32,000 nucleotides of DNA from Candidatus Saccharimonadota bacterium (GTDB lineage Archaea; Micrarchaeota; Micrarchaeia; Micrarchaeales; Micrarchaeaceae), in assembly GCA_963698035.1 (NCBI GenBank), contig OY969114.1, positions 180,001-212,000 on the forward strand, in the 5' to 3' direction. The notes beneath the pieces are model-generated. The model worked only from the letters and a program-made list of their open reading frames with translations, was not told where the DNA came from and searched no databases. How positions within the stretch are numbered: the first letter of the stretch is position 1; each line of letters begins with the position of its first letter. This document shows positions 1 through 7,377 of the stretch, piece after piece. Both the position numbers and the translations under genes were made by a program.

Positions 1-1
1 C

Positions 2-715
2 CTAGCTCAGCTGAACAGCAGCCTGTCTGGGGAGCTCGCCCTTCTTGTTCCGTTCATAGGAGGACCGGCTGCCTTCAATTCAACCAATCCGTCGCAGATG
101 GTGAGCCTGGCGCAGAGCTCTTACTCGAGCGCGGCCTCAGTGTACCAATCCAAGGTGGTAGCAACGCTGCATGGGTTGATAAGCTTCAGCTCCTACTCCT
201 ACAACGCCGTAACTGCCACGCTCGGCTCGTTCTTCCTGTCGCAGATGCAGACGATAATAATAGCAGCATTCATCATAGTCGCCATTGCGGTACTCATAAT
301 ATTCAGGAGCCCGATTCCGGCGCTCGCTGTGGTGTTCAGCTCCGGCAACGACATACTTGTGGCGCTGGGGGTGATGGGGATATCGGGCATACCGCTGGGG
401 GTTGCATCCATAGGAGGAATACTTATGCTGATAGGATACTCCATTGACACGTCGTTGCTCTCTTCCATAAGGATATTGAAGAGGAGCGAGGGAACCACAA
501 CCGAAAGGGCCTTCAGCACAATGAAGACGGGAATAACGATGACTTCGGCAGCGATAATAACATTCGCCACGCTGCTCGTGGTGTCGTACATCGCATTCAT
601 ACCTACGTACTTTGAGATATCCGGAGTTGTTCTTGCAGGACTTGTAGCTGACATATTCACAACGTGGTTCGGCAACACACCGATGGTGCTTGGTACAAGA
701 AGAGGAAGGAGGTGA
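2..715 (+). CDS. secF: Protein-export membrane protein SecF, 5'-truncated by the window edge
   Basis: The frame is open from nt 2, with no stop before the first ATG at 98, so the gene starts upstream of the window. The translation shows the SecF-type C-terminal TM bundle (IIAAFIIVAIAVLIIFRSPIPALAVVFSSGNDILVALGVMGISGIPLGVASIGGILMLIGYSIDTSLL ... TGITMTSAAIITFATLLVV). secD-like sequence begins 10 nt downstream, matching the secF-secD pairing known in archaea. Confidence 0.8.
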   Translation, partial: LAQLNSSLSGELALLVPFIGGPAAFNSTNPSQMVSLAQSSYSSAASVYQSKVVATLHGLISFSSYSYNAVTATLGSFFLSQMQTIIIAAFIIVAIAVLIIFRSPIPALAVVFSSGNDILVALGVMGISGIPLGVASIGGILMLIGYSIDTSLLSSIRILKRSEGTTTERAFSTMKTGITMTSAAIITFATLLVVSYIAFIPTYFEISGVVLAGLVADIFTTWFGNTPMVLGTRRGRR

Positions 716-725
716 GGGGAGCGAG

Positions 726-1240
726 ATGATGCTGACACAGCTATCTGAAGGATAGGAGGATAATCATCCTCATAGTCATAGCTGTGGTGCTCGCCATATG
801 CGACGTCCATTTCGGCCTCCATCTGGGGATAGAGTTCGCGGGTGGAACGCAGATACCCGTTACGCTCGAGCAGTCGGTCAATGCGAGCGCGATGGCAAGC
901 CTGATATCTCGCTCCAGCAGAGGGTATCCACATTCGGCCTCAAGCAGGTAACCGTCGAGGGGATAGGCAACAGCGAGGTTTATGTGATAATACCATCGGT
1001 GTCACCAGCAGAGATAAACCAGACGATAAACATAATACAGAGCCAGGGAAGGTTCGATGGCGTAGTGAATGGACAGGAGGCGGTCAACGGCAGCGACATA
1101 CTCAAGGGAAGCATAGGGCAGCCTACGCCCGAGGTGCTCGAACAACACGGCTGAATGGCAGGTCACCTTCTACATAACCACGACGCGGCTGCAAGCAGTT
1201 CGCGAAGGCGGTCTTCGGCCAGGGCAACAAGCCCCTCTAC
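726..1240 (+). pseudogene. secD: SecD N-terminal third (TM1 plus first extracytoplasmic domain), readable only by changing frame about 4 times
   Basis: The SecD-like sequence is split across four frame segments. (1) ATGATG at 726 gives MMLTQLSEG, then TAG at 753-755. (2) Frame +1 from 757 reads RRIIILIVIAVVLAICDVHFGLHLGIEFAGGTQIPVTLEQSVNASAMASLI, with a stop at 949-951. (3) ORF 798..1154, from about 909, reads SLQQRVSTFGLKQVTVEGIGNSEVYVIIPSVSPAEINQTINIIQSQGRFDGVVNGQEAVNGSDILKGSIGQPTPEVLE, with a stop at 1152-1154. (4) The next frame, 1141-1185, reads NNTAEWQVTFYITTT. The frame of ORF 1241..2302 is open from 1178 (..KQFAKAVFGQGNKPLYMFLDRP). Confidence 0.6.
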
Positions 1241-2302
1241 ATGTTCCTTGACAGGCCTACGGCTACCGCCATATTCTTCAACCAGTCGATACCAACGAAT
1301 GTGTCGTCGCTGACATCGCAGAGCACGGCGCTCTCTGCAATCGAGCAGGCGCTCGCGTTCGGCAACCAGACGATACCGGTATTCATGGTGTACAACTCAA
1401 ACGCCAGCGTCCAGAACGCGGAGAACCTCCTGCAGAACAACAAAGGGAAGTACAAGACCGTAATAGCGAGCAGGGGGATAAACGCTACGCTGCTGGCGTA
1501 CCTGCGCGCCAACAATTACACGGTAAGCCTGCAGAACAGGGCGAACATGACGCCCACATTCACAACCCTAGCGCTTAACCAGACAGTAGTCGAGAGCTGG
1601 CCGCTCGTCGGACTTCTCTCCTCGCCTGTGCTCAATCCATCGATAACTAACGGCAACGTGAGCGAGAGCTACGAGATATCCGGAGTCTCGCCCAGCGGGC
1701 TTACAAGGGCGCAGGCGACCCAGTACGCCCAGGAGCAGACAAAGCAGATAGCGAGCATACTGAGCGGTGGTGCACTGCCTGTCGCGGTCTACGCGGGGAC
1801 GCCTTCGACGACGCCGCCGACCCTGGGGGCGCACTTCCTCTACATCAGCATGCTAGCCGGTGGGGTAGCGGTGATACTAGTCTCTGCATTAATAGTTGTA
1901 AGGTACAGGAAGCTCTTCCTTATCGCTCCGATACTCCTCACAACTGCGATGGAGCTCTTCATAATAGTGTCGATAATAGGGCTCGTAGGCACGATCGACC
2001 TTGCGGCCGTAGCAGGAATGATAGCGGTCGTCGGAACCGGCGTCGACGCACAGATAATAATAACTGATGAGGTGCTCTCCCACGGCGGCGCCCAAGTATC
2101 TGCGAAGGTGCTCCTCGGGAACGCTTTCTACATAGTCTGGGCTGACGCCGCGCTCCTGGTACTCGCGATGCTGCCGCTCTTCTTTTCAACTTCACTTGTT
2201 ACGGTAATAGGATTCTCCGAATCGACCATAATCGGCGCGCTCCTTGGAGTGCTGATAACAAGGCCCGCATATGGTGCGATAATAGAGAAGCACTATTCCT
2301 GA
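1241..2302 (+). CDS. secD: SecD, C-terminal two-thirds including the TM bundle (frame open back to 1178)
   Basis: The C-terminal region AGGVAVILVSALIVVRYRKLFLIAPILLTTAMELFIIVSIIGLVGTIDLAAVAGMIAVVGTGVDAQIIITDEVL is a typical SecD/SecF (RND-like) TM segment. It lies directly downstream of secF. The N-terminal part continues in other frames (see the pseudogene entry). Confidence 0.8.
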   Translation: MFLDRPTATAIFFNQSIPTNVSSLTSQSTALSAIEQALAFGNQTIPVFMVYNSNASVQNAENLLQNNKGKYKTVIASRGINATLLAYLRANNYTVSLQNRANMTPTFTTLALNQTVVESWPLVGLLSSPVLNPSITNGNVSESYEISGVSPSGLTRAQATQYAQEQTKQIASILSGGALPVAVYAGTPSTTPPTLGAHFLYISMLAGGVAVILVSALIVVRYRKLFLIAPILLTTAMELFIIVSIIGLVGTIDLAAVAGMIAVVGTGVDAQIIITDEVLSHGGAQVSAKVLLGNAFYIVWADAALLVLAMLPLFFSTSLVTVIGFSESTIIGALLGVLITRPAYGAIIEKHYS

Positions 2303-2311
2303 GCTGATCTC

Positions 2312-2968
2312 ATGCTTAAGTACTGCCCAACGTGCAACAGGTCGAGCGATGAAGTAAGGTTCATCGGCGAGTTCTGTGAGGTCTGTGTTGCGGACAGGCT
2401 GAAGGAAAAGATAGCGGACTCGGCGGGCGTGGAGAGGTGCAAGTCCTGCGAGAGGATAAGGACTAGAGAGGGATACGCCGTGCCGGACAAAAACACCGTA
2501 AAGGATGCGATATCGTTCTCGATGAAGCCGAAGTGCGACATATTCATAGACAGCTTCGACTGGAAGGCAGCCGAGGTGAGGTTCAGATGCGAAGTCGACG
2601 GGGAGAAGGTCGCGTTCGCCAAGAAGATCAACATCAGGGTAACCAAGACGATGTGCATAGACTGCTACAGGAAGACCTCCGGGTACTATGAAGCGATAGT
2701 ACAGCTCCGCGGGGACGCGGAAAGGTGCGAGAGGGTGATGAAGAGGCTGCTCACCTTCATAGACAGGCGCGACACGTTCGCATCAAGGATAGACGAGCTG
2801 TCGAATGGCTACGACCTCTACCTGAGCAACAAGAAGACAGCGAGCGCCTTCTTCGAGTACTACGACCTGAAGCCGAAGAGGTCTTACTCATTATACGGGT
2901 TGAAGGGCGGCAAGAAGATCTATAGGAACATCTACCTGCTCAGGTTCGAAGAGAAGAAGGACTCATGA
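2312..2968 (+). CDS. NMD3-family protein (archaeal homologue of the 60S-subunit export adaptor)
   Basis: There are N-terminal CxxC pairs (CPTCN...CEVC, CKSCE, CIDCY). The characteristic GYYEAIVQLRG motif is followed by a C-terminal domain ending in ...YGLKGGKKIYRNIYLLRF. Confidence 0.75.
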   Translation: MLKYCPTCNRSSDEVRFIGEFCEVCVADRLKEKIADSAGVERCKSCERIRTREGYAVPDKNTVKDAISFSMKPKCDIFIDSFDWKAAEVRFRCEVDGEKVAFAKKINIRVTKTMCIDCYRKTSGYYEAIVQLRGDAERCERVMKRLLTFIDRRDTFASRIDELSNGYDLYLSNKKTASAFFEYYDLKPKRSYSLYGLKGGKKIYRNIYLLRFEEKKDS

Positions 2969-3454
2969 CTGCTGTTGTATGTAGACGCATGGCACTGCGT
3001 TGTTCGATGGGCAGACATTCTGCGCGCTGACATTTATCAGATAGCTTCCCTGTGCGGCTATCCCGCCAAGGTTTCCGCTGACGTTTACCGGGGTATATGA
3101 GGTGACGTAGCTGCTGCCGCCGCTGGTGTAGATGACGAAGACTATCTCGTGACCCACGCCGTTCTGCTGAGTGCCCACATATACGCTTTGGACGCTCGGT
3201 GGCACCTGTATCAGCACAAGCTGCCTTGCAGGATATCCCTGCGCTCCGACCGAGATAGCGATGTTGGCAAGCTTGCTTGCGGCCGCCTGCGCCTCAGTAG
3301 AAGCGAGCGATGAATTAGATACGGATATCTGGAGGAATGCAAGCACAACTATGGGAAGTAATATTATGAGACCGAACGATACTGTTATAAGCAGCTCGAA
3401 GCTAGACTGCCCCTTCCTGCTCTTCGAGAGTTGTCTAATCCACATAGGTAGCAT
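2963..3454 (-). CDS. Archaeal type IV pilin-like protein with a class III signal peptide
   Basis: The N-terminus is M(LPMW)IRQLSKSRKG|QSSFELLITVSFGLIILLPIVVLAF. This is a basic stretch, a KG/Q prepilin-peptidase-type site, Glu at +5 and a hydrophobic helix. It is followed by a Ser/Thr/Gly-rich extracellular domain with N-x-S/T sequons. The start may be the internal ATG (MWIRQ...). The 3' end overlaps the NMD3 stop by 6 nt (convergent genes). Confidence 0.7.
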   Translation of the reverse strand: MLPMWIRQLSKSRKGQSSFELLITVSFGLIILLPIVVLAFLQISVSNSSLASTEAQAAASKLANIAISVGAQGYPARQLVLIQVPPSVQSVYVGTQQNGVGHEIVFVIYTSGGSSYVTSYTPVNVSGNLGGIAAQGSYLINVSAQNVCPSNNAVPCVYIQQQS

Positions 3455-4613
3455 CCTCGTCCATTCCCTTCTTGAATATATTGACCTTCCTTACCGACAA
3501 ATATTTTTCCTTATTGCCCCTGACCTCTTTCTCAAGGTTGCGCAGCAGCTGGACGAGCGTCCTCTCGATGCTGTAGCCTGTAGCGTGCACGAAGATTGAT
3601 CCCTTGTTCTGCATGGTGAGGCGCGCATGTAGCTCATACATCCGGGTTCCAACCCTCTTGATATTTAGGGTGATGTAAAGAGTGCCGACGCCGTGGAGCT
3701 TCGCGGTCTTCTTCATGAATCCCTTCAGCTCCTCACGTATATCGTTTTCGTAATCCTTGCTCGATTCGTCGAGACCCGAGATGAAGATCTTCTGCTCTTC
3801 TATCCTTCTCCTTGATATTACGTCGCCGAATATATCGAAGAGCGTCAGGATCCCCACAGGCTTGCCACCCCTAAGGATTATAACCGAGGAGACGTTGTTT
3901 TCTATCATGGACCTTGCAGCATCGGCAAGGCTCTTCCTGTAATCGAGCACCACAAGGTTGCGGCTCGATACGCTGCCGAGGGCCGCGTCCGCAAAATTGG
4001 ACGGCTCACTTTTCTTCTCGGGGAGGCGTTCTTCGCTCTTTGAGCGGCTGTAAGCTATGTCATGGTTTGTTATTATGCCATAGAGGCTGTCGTTCTGCAG
4101 GACTATTATCCTGCTTATCTTTCTGTCGCGCATTACAGCCCTCGCCTGTGATATGGAGGAACGCGCATCGATCGCAATGACCGGGAACGTCATTGCCTCA
4201 TTTACGGGCGTGTCCTGCAGCATCTTGAGGGATAGGAGGATTTTCAGCATGGTGAAACGCTTTATCACTCCTGTTATCCTGCGGCCTGACACATATGGCA
4301 GCGCCTTTGCCCTGCTCTTGTAGAATCCGAGGAGCGCATCGTCTATGCTCGTGCTGTCGCTTATGGAGGGAACTCGCGCTGCATATTTGCCTGCGCTCTC
4401 TTTGCCGCTCGTATTCGCAGTTATTCCGAAGCGGTAGAGCGACCTGTCATCTATCAACCCGTAATACTCGCCGTTCTTGTTGACCACTACCGCCCCATAC
4501 TTAGATATCGAGGATATGGCCTTCGATATGTGCGTAGCGGCGTCGAAGAACTCGGTCTTCGATATTAGCGCGCTTGGGATGTTGAGATTGGATGCGTCCA
4601 TGTAAACCCTCAC
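3435..4613 (-). CDS. CBS-domain protein (two Bateman modules) with a C-terminal HPF/RaiA-like domain
   Basis: CBS-type segments recur (GAVVVNKNGEYYGLIDDRSL; ALPYVSGRRITGVIKRFTML; ISRIIVLQNDSLYGIITNHDI; VSSVIILRGGKPVGILTLFDIF). The C-terminal ~100 aa (KIFISGLDESSKDYENDIREELKGFMKKTAKLHGVGTLYITLNIKRVGTRMYELHARLTMQNKGSIFVHATGYSIERTLVQLLRNLEKEVRGNKEKY) follow the beta-alpha-beta-beta-beta-alpha pattern of ribosome hibernation/S30AE-type proteins. That assignment is an inference. The start is GTG at 4613 or ATG at 4601. Confidence 0.6.
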   Translation of the reverse strand: MRVYMDASNLNIPSALISKTEFFDAATHISKAISSISKYGAVVVNKNGEYYGLIDDRSLYRFGITANTSGKESAGKYAARVPSISDSTSIDDALLGFYKSRAKALPYVSGRRITGVIKRFTMLKILLSLKMLQDTPVNEAMTFPVIAIDARSSISQARAVMRDRKISRIIVLQNDSLYGIITNHDIAYSRSKSEERLPEKKSEPSNFADAALGSVSSRNLVVLDYRKSLADAARSMIENNVSSVIILRGGKPVGILTLFDIFGDVISRRRIEEQKIFISGLDESSKDYENDIREELKGFMKKTAKLHGVGTLYITLNIKRVGTRMYELHARLTMQNKGSIFVHATGYSIERTLVQLLRNLEKEVRGNKEKYLSVRKVNIFKKGMDEDATYVD

Positions 4614-4637
4614 GGCAATCTAATATCAATAACAAAA

Positions 4638-4645
4638 TATAAATA
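4638..4645 (+). promoter_or_regulatory. TATA box (TATAAATA) of the tRNA-Cys promoter, possibly shared with the divergent CBS gene
   Basis: TATAAATA is centred 27-28 nt upstream of tRNA position 1 (4669), preceded by an A-rich BRE-like AACAAAA. The same element read on the other strand (TATTTATA) is centred 28-29 nt upstream of GTG 4613. Confidence 0.5.
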
Positions 4646-4668
4646 GTCGGTAATAAAATTCTATATGT

Positions 4669-4739
4669 GCCAGGATGGCAGATCGGCTATGCAGTCGCCT
4701 GCAGAGCGGCGTAGGGGGGTTCGACTCCCTCTCCTGGCT
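4669..4739 (+). tRNA. tRNA-Cys (anticodon GCA)
   Basis: A hand-folded cloverleaf fits. The acceptor stem GCCAGGA/TCCTGGC has 7 Watson-Crick pairs. The D-arm is GCA(G)..GG..(A)TGC. The anticodon stem GTCGC/GCGGC carries the loop CTGCAGA, with U33 and anticodon GCA. The T-arm is GGGGG-TTCGACT-CCCTC. The discriminator is U73, the CysRS identity element. No CCA is encoded. Confidence 0.9.
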
Positions 4740-4820
4740 TTATTCCTAAGGGATATAAAGCTCTGGCTCCAGAAGGAATGGTTAAGAATTTTGATATCCT
4801 TTTATTTTAAGGATGGTATT

Positions 4821-5246
4821 ATGGCAACAGCCAATTTAGCCAAGGAGGCGGGGGGCGCAAAAACATACAAAATGGAGCATGTTTCCGAACTTACCCTGAC
4901 CGATCTGATCAAACATATATCAGCGGTGGTCGCCAACGGCGAGTTTGCGCTCCCGGCGAACCATGATTCGTGGGAGCAGATTATCCGTAATATTTCGGGA
5001 TACCCGGAAGCTCCCAAGTTCATTAGAGGTATAAAGAGCCGGGAAGAGATATCGGAAGTGCTGACCAACCTTAGAATAAATCAGTATTTTGAAAGCTTAC
5101 CGCCGTCGTTCAGCTTTTATTCCGTTAGCAAGGGGATGGCCGACCACCAAATACGCAGCCTGGAGCAGTATTCGGACGATTACCGCGCTTTTGTGCTAAG
5201 ATCTGCAAGGATGATTGAGGTAAAGTTCGCGCTTCGGAGGAGATGA
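4821..5246 (+). CDS. Hypothetical protein (141 aa) with codon usage unlike its neighbours
   Basis: The ORF-track entry 4665..5246 starts inside the tRNA, so the first plausible start is ATG 4821 (MATANLAKEAGG...). I recognise no family. It uses ATT, AAA, GAA, CGN and TTT codons much more than the surrounding genes, which prefer ATA, AAG, GAG and AGG. Confidence 0.5.
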   Translation: MATANLAKEAGGAKTYKMEHVSELTLTDLIKHISAVVANGEFALPANHDSWEQIIRNISGYPEAPKFIRGIKSREEISEVLTNLRINQYFESLPPSFSFYSVSKGMADHQIRSLEQYSDDYRAFVLRSARMIEVKFALRRR

Positions 5247-5264
5247 CTTTAAAAGGCTTTACCC

Positions 5265-5708
5265 CTAAACATCGAGCACGGCCCTTGCCCTGTATTCCTT
5301 GCCCTTTTTCTCGACCTTGAGGTCGAATCTCGAGACCCCTTTTACATATATTACAGAGTACTTTGGGTTCTCGTCCTTTGCAGACAGCTCCGCAGTAATT
5401 GCATAACTGCCTTCCGACTCGGTTATCTTGACTCTGTTTACTTTGTAGCAGTAGATCCCTTTGGCGTCTGCAAGTGAGAGTGCATCCTGGAGGGTCACCC
5501 AGAGAAGGTCCTCAAGGCTTGAGGCCTCGTCTTTTATCCTAAGGCGCTTTACTTTGCCCTTAAGCTTCGCCAGCGCACCTATGTTCGCGGATGTATCGAA
5601 CATCGCTAGCAGCGCATTGGCAAATGCCTCTTCCGGGCTCTTTCCATGCGCAAGAAGCTCCACATCTGCAGTGTGGTTCATGAATTCGTATCCCTTCCTA
5701 CTCATCAT
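5265..5708 (-). CDS. Archease
   Basis: The N-terminal signature is KGYEFMNHTADVELLAHGKSPEEAFANALLAMFD (the archease Y-E-x-x-x-HTAD motif). Its size (~147 aa) is typical. Confidence 0.85.
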   Translation of the reverse strand: MMSRKGYEFMNHTADVELLAHGKSPEEAFANALLAMFDTSANIGALAKLKGKVKRLRIKDEASSLEDLLWVTLQDALSLADAKGIYCYKVNRVKITESEGSYAITAELSAKDENPKYSVIYVKGVSRFDLKVEKKGKEYRARAVLDV

Positions 5709-5840
5709 CTCGCTCTATTTTAAGCAATCTCTTATTAATATTGCTTCCAAATGCTCTATGTCCGATGAAGAAAAGAGTAACTGCTGAAAAATGATGAAGC
5801 CCATTTCGACCGAGGACAATCATGCTTACTGCGTGTTTTG

Positions 5841-7373
5841 ATGCGCACAGACACTGGGAAGGTATTGGGGATTGGAGTCCTGTTCGTGGCAGTCCTCCTG
5901 TCAATGATAACGATCATATCCGTGACTAATTTCACGATACTTGACACGGATTCGACCACTTACGTGATAGTGGTAATGCTGATGCTGTTCGTTTTCCTGG
6001 TCTTCTCGCTGAAGGAGAGGCTGCAGCTGAACAGGGATGGTGCGCAGATCTTTTACGGGGCGCTAATATTCGCAGGGTACATATTCCTGCTTTCTTATCT
6101 CAGGGTCTCCCTCTCTTTCGTATACACGACATTCGGCATCGGGGCGCTGCTTATCCCGATGGCCATCCTCTCGTTCACGATAATGCTCTTCGGGTTTGAC
6201 GGGGTGAGGAGGCTCTGGCCCGTAATAGTCTATGCGCTCTTCGCTTCTCCGCTGCTCCTCATGCCAGTACTTTGGCAGGGCGGCAGTTTCGCGACTGCAA
6301 ACGCCTACGTTGTATACGGGGCGATGAAGCTCTTCGGCGTTCCGGTAACAATAAATGGGATAATGATAACATCGCAGGCGGGTGCGAGCATATCCATAGC
6401 GGCTACATGCGCACCAGTCGGGACCTTTATCGCGCTGGTGATGTTCCTGGTCCCGATAGCTTACCTCTTTGACGGGCCGAGGAAGCGGAAGGGGCTCTGG
6501 GTGCTATCCGGGTTTGCGCTGCTGCTGCTCCTCAACTTCGGAAGGATGTTCCTAATAGCGTATTCGTGGAGCCACTACGGGATAACGCAGGCGGTGGCTG
6601 TCTTCCACCTCTTTGCCGGACAGATACTCTTCTATGCTGCAATAATAGCGATGCTGCTCCTCGCTGGACGGTACGGTCTCAGGGTGCTGAAGTTGCGCAA
6701 GAACCAGTTGAGGCAGCTGGGGGCCGACGTGCGGGAGAGGGGCTGGGGATTCAACAGGTCCTGCGCGATTACCTTATCGTTGGGAGTAGTGGCACTTCTC
6801 TTCTCTCTACCATATCTGAATTCGATATACGCATCGCCGACCTTCTTCTATGGCAACATCAGCGCACCTGAGGCGCACACTCTCTACCAGATGGCTGGGC
6901 AGTCTATCGGGTATATATATCCAAATGCGCTCGCCGTAGGTGAGAACGGTACATCCTACGCGTTTGCGATAGAGAACTCGACGTCTGGAGCGACCTACGT
7001 GATTGCGTGGGCGGTTCCGGTGCCGTCGCAGGGGCCAATCGAGGTAGGGAATAGCCTGAGCGCCAACCAAGGCAGGTATATGCTGGAGAACGGCGTGAGC
7101 GTCGGGGCTGCGATTGCCAGTACTGAGAATTACACCTTCGAGCTGAACTACTTCGCCCTCCCATTCAATGTGAGTGGCTCCCACGTCTCTGTCAATTATG
7201 AGTTCCTCAGCCTGCTCAACTCCAGCATACCAACTTGCAGGGACATAGGCTACACGTCCATCGGGCTTTTCAACTACATAGAGTCATCGATTTACAATAC
7301 CTTAAACGGGAACTTCAATTACGGCGCGAGTGGCTTCCTCTGCAGCGCCTACCTGACGGCGCAGTACGGGTGA
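5841..7373 (+). CDS. Exosortase/archaeosortase-family polytopic membrane protein with a ~200-aa C-terminal extracytoplasmic domain
   Basis: It has about 8 TM helices. A conserved-looking triad sits in the expected order and spacing: Cys in KLFGVPVTINGIMITSQAGASISIAATCAPVG, Asn/Arg in LLLNFGRMFL, and His in VAVFHLFAGQILF. The ORF track starts at TTG 5838; ATG 5841 is more likely. The C-terminal part (from about RKNQLRQL) is sequon-rich and non-membrane. Confidence 0.6.
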   Translation: MRTDTGKVLGIGVLFVAVLLSMITIISVTNFTILDTDSTTYVIVVMLMLFVFLVFSLKERLQLNRDGAQIFYGALIFAGYIFLLSYLRVSLSFVYTTFGIGALLIPMAILSFTIMLFGFDGVRRLWPVIVYALFASPLLLMPVLWQGGSFATANAYVVYGAMKLFGVPVTINGIMITSQAGASISIAATCAPVGTFIALVMFLVPIAYLFDGPRKRKGLWVLSGFALLLLLNFGRMFLIAYSWSHYGITQAVAVFHLFAGQILFYAAIIAMLLLAGRYGLRVLKLRKNQLRQLGADVRERGWGFNRSCAITLSLGVVALLFSLPYLNSIYASPTFFYGNISAPEAHTLYQMAGQSIGYIYPNALAVGENGTSYAFAIENSTSGATYVIAWAVPVPSQGPIEVGNSLSANQGRYMLENGVSVGAAIASTENYTFELNYFALPFNVSGSHVSVNYEFLSLLNSSIPTCRDIGYTSIGLFNYIESSIYNTLNGNFNYGASGFLCSAYLTAQYG

Positions 7374-7377
7374 TCAA

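Noticed and set aside
199-933. Long antisense ORFs opposite well-supported genes (199..933 opposite secF; also 7590..8210, 9200..9832, 15405..16139, 3171..3599).
   Set aside because: Each lies entirely opposite a gene with clear family motifs. Their translations are low-complexity or Arg/Ser/Pro-rich, with no recognisable domains. Such shadow ORFs are expected from the codon bias of this genome.
2963-2968. Overlapping or abutting convergent gene ends (2963-2968, 11313-11320, 30004/30005) as possible antisense regulation.
   Set aside because: This is more simply a symptom of extreme genome compaction. The overlaps involve only stop-proximal codons, and no conserved structure is evident.
4665-4820. 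N-terminal 52 codons of ORF-track entry 4665..5246.
   Set aside because: This stretch is the tRNA-Cys gene (4669-4739) and its 3' flank read as protein. The real CDS, if there is one, starts at ATG 4821.
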